From Bacillota bacterium (GTDB lineage: Bacteria > Bacillota > Clostridia > Lutisporales > Lutisporaceae): a DNA stretch of 64,000 bases. The notes below the pieces were generated by a model. The model ran no database searches and was not told where the DNA came from. It saw only the letters and a program-made list of their open reading frames with translations. The position numbers and the translations under genes are program-made. The stretch lies in the NCBI GenBank assembly GCA_049322695.1, contig JBMORW010000031.1, forward strand, positions 14,349 through 78,348, read 5' to 3'. Of this stretch, positions 59,768 to 64,000 are shown piece by piece (the first letter of the stretch is position 1; every line of letters starts with the position of its first letter).

Positions 59768-61006
59768 CTACAACTCCATTTTCATACCTGCCATACTCAG
59801 TTTATGGGTATTATACAGCTTGCTGCCCGACCTTACCAGACTGCCGGCTATTCTTCCATTTTCATCAGTATTTTGCTCTTGGAAGCTGAACAAAGTATTC
59901 AATACTATCTGCCCTTTTTCACAGCCAACAACCTCTGAAATTTCCACGACACGCCTGGATTTATCCCTTAACCTGGAAATATGTATAATAATATCAAGAG
60001 CAGAAGCTATTTGCTTTCTTATGGATTCAAGAGGTATTGAAGCTGCGCTTAACACCATTGTTTCCAGTCTGCTCAGCATATCCGAAGTAGAATTTGCATG
60101 TCCCGTCGAGAGAGAGCCGTCATGTCCAGTATTCATTGCCTGCAGCATATCCAGAGCCTCCTGCCCGCGCACTTCACCGACAATAATCCTCTCAGGGCGC
60201 ATTCTTAGAGAACATTTTATGAGGTCTCTTATGGTAATCTCACCCTTGCCCTCTGTGTTGCTGTTTCTGGTCTCGAGCTTGACAATGTTATCTATTCCTT
60301 GTATCTGAAGCTCTGCAGAGTCTTCTATGGTTATTATTCTTTCATCCTTGCCAATAAAATTAGATAAGGCATTAAGAAAAGTAGTTTTGCCCGAGCCGGT
60401 CCCACCACAAATGAAAATGTTATATTTGGCCTTTACCAGCTTTTCTAGTACAGCTGCAGCATCAGCATCTATTGTTTCCCATTCTATAAGATCCTCCATA
60501 AGAATAGGCTTCTCCGGAAACCTTCTTATTGTTAAAATTGGTCCGCATAAAGATATCGGCGGAAGCACAACACTGACCCTTGACCCGTCATCAAGCCTGG
60601 CGTCTACCATTGGCGATGCTTCATTCACAGTTCTGTTAACCTTTGCAACAATAGTCTGAATGACATCCTCAAGCCTTCTGCTGTCTTCAAATTCCAGAGG
60701 CAGCTTTTTTATATATCCGTCTTTTTCAACAAATATATTTTTATGTCCATTTACCATTATTTCCGTAATGGAAGCATCGTCTATCAAAGGCTGCAGCACA
60801 TCCAGCCTGCGGATATTGTTATACAGCTGCTTAATCAGCTTTTGCTTTTCCGTGAGACTGAACATGTTCTGCTTGTCATTTTCAAATACCAGCTGTGCTA
60901 TAACATCCCTGATCTCTACATCAGACATGTTATGGCCCGAGTCCATTCTCTCAATGACTGATTCCTTTACCTTTTGTGTAAGTTCACTAATACCTTTTTT
61001 ATCCAT
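59768..61006 (-). CDS. tadA: CpaF/TadA secretion ATPase
   Basis: Walker A GGTGSGKTTFLNAL, Asp box ITIEDSAEL, Walker B RIIVGEVRGQEA, His box TGHDGSLSTGHAN. Confidence 0.93.
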   Translation of the reverse strand: MDKKGISELTQKVKESVIERMDSGHNMSDVEIRDVIAQLVFENDKQNMFSLTEKQKLIKQLYNNIRRLDVLQPLIDDASITEIMVNGHKNIFVEKDGYIKKLPLEFEDSRRLEDVIQTIVAKVNRTVNEASPMVDARLDDGSRVSVVLPPISLCGPILTIRRFPEKPILMEDLIEWETIDADAAAVLEKLVKAKYNIFICGGTGSGKTTFLNALSNFIGKDERIITIEDSAELQIQGIDNIVKLETRNSNTEGKGEITIRDLIKCSLRMRPERIIVGEVRGQEALDMLQAMNTGHDGSLSTGHANSTSDMLSRLETMVLSAASIPLESIRKQIASALDIIIHISRLRDKSRRVVEISEVVGCEKGQIVLNTLFSFQEQNTDENGRIAGSLVRSGSKLYNTHKLSMAGMKMEL

Positions 61007-61023
61007 ATGCTAATCCAGCCTGC

Positions 61024-62112
61024 TTACATATTATTTATTCTGGTAAAAATTTTTTCAACATGATAGCCGAAACCACTGCTAAAATTAAGTTCGAGCTTAT
61101 CCTCCCTTTCAAAAACAAGGTCAGAAAAAAAAGGCAGAACAATTTCAGCATCCTCATATCTGTCATTGGCTTTACTTTTGTTGATTATGCTCAGAGATTT
61201 GCCGATAATCCTGTCATGATATTCATTTCCTATTGATAAAAGAGCGTGCTTGAAAAGCTTTTGCTTTTGCTTTGAAATGTTATCATCCGCGTGGACTAAT
61301 ACTATCCTGTTACAGACATCAAGCACCTCAATGGTCTTTAGATCAATCACGGATGGAAGATCAACAAATATAAAATCATAATCATCTGATTGACTTATGG
61401 CAAAAATAAGCTGTGTTATTTCCTCTGTACTGACTTCAAGCATATCAAAGGCGCTGCCGGCAGCTCCTATAAAATGCACGCCGCTGCTTGAATCCACAGT
61501 CCTCATTCCTGCAAGCTTATTCTGCAGCTTAGGATCCTGTTCCTTTATGTAATAGCACAGCTCTGTAATGGTTCTGGATTTTGAACAGTCAAAAAAAGCC
61601 TGTGTAGACTGTATATATTCAAGATTCAGGTACAGCGTCTTGTATCTGCTGTCAGCACTTATCATCGAAAGTCCGACAGCTATGCTGGTCTTTCCTGAAC
61701 CACCTGTAGGGGAATATACTGCTATCAGCTTTACTTTTTTTTCGCTGCCTATTGTATGAGAACGCCTGTCTCCATGATTTGAATATGCTTCAAGCAGATC
61801 AGAAACAATATCCTCACCGCTGCGATACTTGTTTATATATCTCAGCTTTTTGTCCTCAGAAATACTATTATGATCTGATAATACTAATACAGTATTTATG
61901 CCGTACTTAAATATTTCATCTGACAGCAGACTTTCTTCCAGAAGTAATACTTCAGGAGATTTTTCTCTTCTGTCAAGATAATCCAATAGTTTGTCATACT
62001 CAGTAAAGAAAACAGAATTGAATTTATATTCATAGTCTGCATTGATAAACTCCGCAAATGCATTGATGTAATTTTTATCGACATCTGCTACAATAATAGA
62101 CATTTTTGCCAT
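61024..62112 (-). CDS. tadZ: CpaE/TadZ-like ParA/MinD-family ATPase with an N-terminal receiver-like domain
   Basis: The deviant Walker A is AVYSPTGGSGKTSIAVGL. The N-terminal receiver-like fold of about 110 aa has no obvious phospho-acceptor context. Confidence 0.8.
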   Translation of the reverse strand: MAKMSIIVADVDKNYINAFAEFINADYEYKFNSVFFTEYDKLLDYLDRREKSPEVLLLEESLLSDEIFKYGINTVLVLSDHNSISEDKKLRYINKYRSGEDIVSDLLEAYSNHGDRRSHTIGSEKKVKLIAVYSPTGGSGKTSIAVGLSMISADSRYKTLYLNLEYIQSTQAFFDCSKSRTITELCYYIKEQDPKLQNKLAGMRTVDSSSGVHFIGAAGSAFDMLEVSTEEITQLIFAISQSDDYDFIFVDLPSVIDLKTIEVLDVCNRIVLVHADDNISKQKQKLFKHALLSIGNEYHDRIIGKSLSIINKSKANDRYEDAEIVLPFFSDLVFEREDKLELNFSSGFGYHVEKIFTRINNM

Positions 62113-62207
62113 GATATCAACACCAATCTGTTAAATTTTACAAAATAATTATATAACAATTTGCTGACTAATGCAATATATAATTACCTTTATGGCAATA
62201 AAAAACA

Positions 62208-62744
62208 TTACAGGCAATGTATGCCATAATACTCTCCGATAATAGTTATTACAGTGCCTACTGCTATTGCATATGAGAATCTGAGCTTGCTTCCGTCTTT
62301 CTTAACTCCAAAATCCGTATAAGGCTGTATCGACAATGTAACAAGACAGAGCTTTAGATACATCACCAGATGCTTAAATCTCTGTTTTGCATTTTTCCTG
62401 AATATCATTATAAGCAATGCAATAATCCCCCCGGAAATGAACACAACTGGAAGTATCTTTAGAATTAGAGGATATCCTGCAATTGCACCTAATGCCGACA
62501 AAAGCTTTATATCACCTGCACCGAGCATCCTTAACACAAACAGCACGAAAAGCAGTATAACAGGCAGAACTGCGCCTGCCAAAGAAGCTCTGATTCCGCC
62601 AAATCCAAATAATACAGTATTAGTGGCAAAACCTACAAGTAAAAACGATATTACAATCTGATTTTTAATTTTATATGTCAATGCATCACTAACCACGGAT
62701 ATACAAAGTAAAAACAGTATTTCCACAAGTATTATGCTATTCAT
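62208..62744 (-). CDS. A24-family prepilin peptidase (CpaA/TadV-like, first gene of locus)
   Basis: 178-aa polytopic protein. The first Asp is in VSDALTYKIKN and the second motif is LGAGDIKLLSALG. GGAGTG RBS. Confidence 0.8.
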   Translation of the reverse strand: MNSIILVEILFLLCISVVSDALTYKIKNQIVISFLLVGFATNTVLFGFGGIRASLAGAVLPVILLFVLFVLRMLGAGDIKLLSALGAIAGYPLILKILPVVFISGGIIALLIMIFRKNAKQRFKHLVMYLKLCLVTLSIQPYTDFGVKKDGSKLRFSYAIAVGTVITIIGEYYGIHCL

Positions 62745-62957
62745 TGTAAATCACTCCATATGAACATAGTAACTATACATTTCGTCACAGGCTTTATTTT
62801 TCCTCTGTGCTATGGAAATATTAGTCAATGCGCTGCTTAGCTAACTTGCCCTCTGATATTTAATCAAGCATGATTGATACATGTAACGTTGCTTGGACTT
62901 GCACATAGTATGTTATTAGAAAAAAATATGACTTACATTTAAAAAGGAGGTGCTCTA

Positions 62958-63194
62958 ATGAGCTACGGATGTGGAGGTGCTTGTACCGGACCTGTCTCGC
63001 CGCTGGGAGGCTTTTGTGGATTCGGTAATAATTGGTGGATATGGATCATACTCTTCTTTCTACTTTTCTTTAACAATAAAGGCGGCTGCGGCGGATTCTT
63101 CGGAAACAACAGCTGGATATGGATATTGCTTCTGATAATTCTATTTTTACCGGGAAATAACTGCTTTGGCAACTTGTTCAACTTCAAATGCTAA
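62958..63194 (+). CDS. Tiny Gly/Cys/Asn-rich protein with two internally repeated hydrophobic segments (YjcZ-like?)
   Basis: Strong AAGGAGGTG RBS and a downstream terminator. The sequence is MSYGCGGACTGPVSPLGGFCGFGNNWWIWIILFFLLFFNNKGGCGGFFGNNSWIWILLLIILFLPGNNCFG.... Confidence 0.55.
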   Translation: MSYGCGGACTGPVSPLGGFCGFGNNWWIWIILFFLLFFNNKGGCGGFFGNNSWIWILLLIILFLPGNNCFGNLFNFKC

Positions 63195-63234
63195 AAAGAA
63201 CCCTCAAGCACTGTAAGCTTGAGGGTTTCTTCTT
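63193..63234. terminator. Bidirectional rho-independent terminator
   Basis: AACCCTCAAGC (63199-63209) pairs with GCTTGAGGGTT (63217-63227), flanked by an A-run and a T-rich tail. Confidence 0.8.
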
Positions 63235-63637
63235 AATAGCCCGCCAATAAAATCTCTGCTATAACAGGACATTCCAGATGATAATTAGCATCCTTGCCCA
63301 TTATTTTACCTCCGGTAACTATGTGAGTCTTTGAGCCGTAGCTTGTAACAGATAAGCTTGAGGCATCCTTGAAGACTATAGTCATCATACTGCCTGCAAG
63401 CATTTCTATATGCATGCCGTCATCTATTCTGGCCGTGTTATATGCTTTGACTATCACTTCAAATTCTTCAGCCGTGAATTCTTTTATTTTCACTCCTTCT
63501 ATAGAATGCAGTTCGATTTTTTCAATATCCGATGACCTAATCTCAACAAGAGGGTTGCTTGTAGAGTATACAATAATCACGGATACAACTGCAGCAATAA
63601 TCAACATCGTAATTATTACCTTTTTCATTTTTAACAT
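63233..63637 (-). CDS. Membrane-anchored hypothetical protein
   Basis: 134 aa with an N-terminal TM helix (VIITMLIIAAVVSVIIVY). The start may be ATG 63628. No family recognised. Confidence 0.6.
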   Translation of the reverse strand: MLKMKKVIITMLIIAAVVSVIIVYSTSNPLVEIRSSDIEKIELHSIEGVKIKEFTAEEFEVIVKAYNTARIDDGMHIEMLAGSMMTIVFKDASSLSVTSYGSKTHIVTGGKIMGKDANYHLECPVIAEILLAGY

Positions 63638-63727
63638 CCTTTCAAAATTGGTTTACTTATTAGACTATCAGAATAATGGTTTGTTCCAGAAAATATGAGG
63701 AATATTATGACAGAAAAGACAAAGGAC

Positions 63728-64000
63728 TCAAAAGAGCCCTAATTGCAAAATCCTGTTCAATATTATCGAAAAAATAACCATACCGATAAGTGCAAAGGGA
63801 TAAGTAGCACCATATCCCGAAGCAACCTCATCACTTCCGGTAGAATCAATAGCAGCACCCAAACCCGGAGTACTTGTCATTCCGCCGCAAATAGCCCCTG
63901 CCAGCAGTATCCAATTCATTTTAAATACATATCTTCCTACAGCAAACCCAACCATTATGGCAAATAATCCATCCATAAATGAAACTAAAGCAAGAACGGC
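63728..64000 (-). CDS. C-terminal part of a YidE/YbjL (AAE-family) transporter; gene continues beyond the window end
   Basis: The frame stays open to position 64000. The sequence ...LLAGAICGGMTSTPGLGAAIDSTGSDEVASGYGATYPFALIGMVIF is typical of the C-terminal repeat of aspartate:alanine-exchanger-family permeases. Confidence 0.7.
   Translation of the reverse strand, partial: AVLALVSFMDGLFAIMVGFAVGRYVFKMNWILLAGAICGGMTSTPGLGAAIDSTGSDEVASGYGATYPFALIGMVIFSIILNRILQLGLF

Noticed and set aside
59451-60308. 285-aa plus-strand ORF, plus many other 60-165-aa ORFs antisense to tadA/tadB, lonA, lonB, the MCP, glsA, tadG and the FHA gene
   Set aside because: All of them mirror strongly supported genes on the opposite strand. 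They lack Shine-Dalgarno sequences and have Ser/Leu/Ile/Phe-rich composition. I treated them as shadow ORFs.
62745-62957. Possible c-di-GMP (GEMM-I) riboswitch in the leader of the Tad-like operon
   Set aside because: Only loose GGGCAA and AAAGCC fragments are present. The ACGCAAAGC core and the paired tetraloop/receptor hairpins are absent.

Overview
The window is low-GC, Firmicutes/Clostridia-like chromosomal DNA from a probable spore-former (lonB and a YhcN/YlaJ lipoprotein are present). It is densely coding and mostly on the minus strand.

Recognisable core blocks:
- Glycogen genes glgB-glgC-glgD.
- The proteostasis cluster tig-clpP-clpX ... lonB-lonA-engB.
- cca, glsA, a Fur-family regulator, a LiaS/NarL-type two-component system, ldcA, uvdE and one tRNA-Lys(CUU).

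Accessory or less ordinary content:
1. An 11-gene Gram-positive Tad/Flp-type (type IVb/IVc) pilus locus at about 51.5-62.7 kb. It has two A24 prepilin peptidases, TadZ/A/B/C, an Flp pilin and three TadE/G-like pseudopilins, and it ends in a membrane FHA-domain protein.
2. A roughly 5 kb three-gene insertion between clpX and lonB. It holds a dCache chemoreceptor and an XRE-HTH+TPR (RRNPP-like) regulator. Divergent from that regulator is a 100-aa secreted protein built from four 57-bp-period ADQEKPEPK modules, which is a candidate multi-copy signalling pro-peptide.
3. A Moco/Wco-type riboswitch with its own terminator, upstream of an orphan tungstate-binding tupA.
4. A conspicuously G+C-rich long hairpin of unknown class near 4.1 kb.
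5. A long AT-rich inverted repeat upstream of a second, HTH-less TPR protein.
6. A tandem HD-GYP protein, a divergent cis-prenyltransferase, a stand-alone BcrAD/BadFG activase, and a tiny internally duplicated Gly/Cys/Asn-rich membrane protein.

I saw no CRISPR array, transposase, integrase or rRNA. All calls come from reading the ORF translations and the nucleotide sequence by eye. No database search was run.
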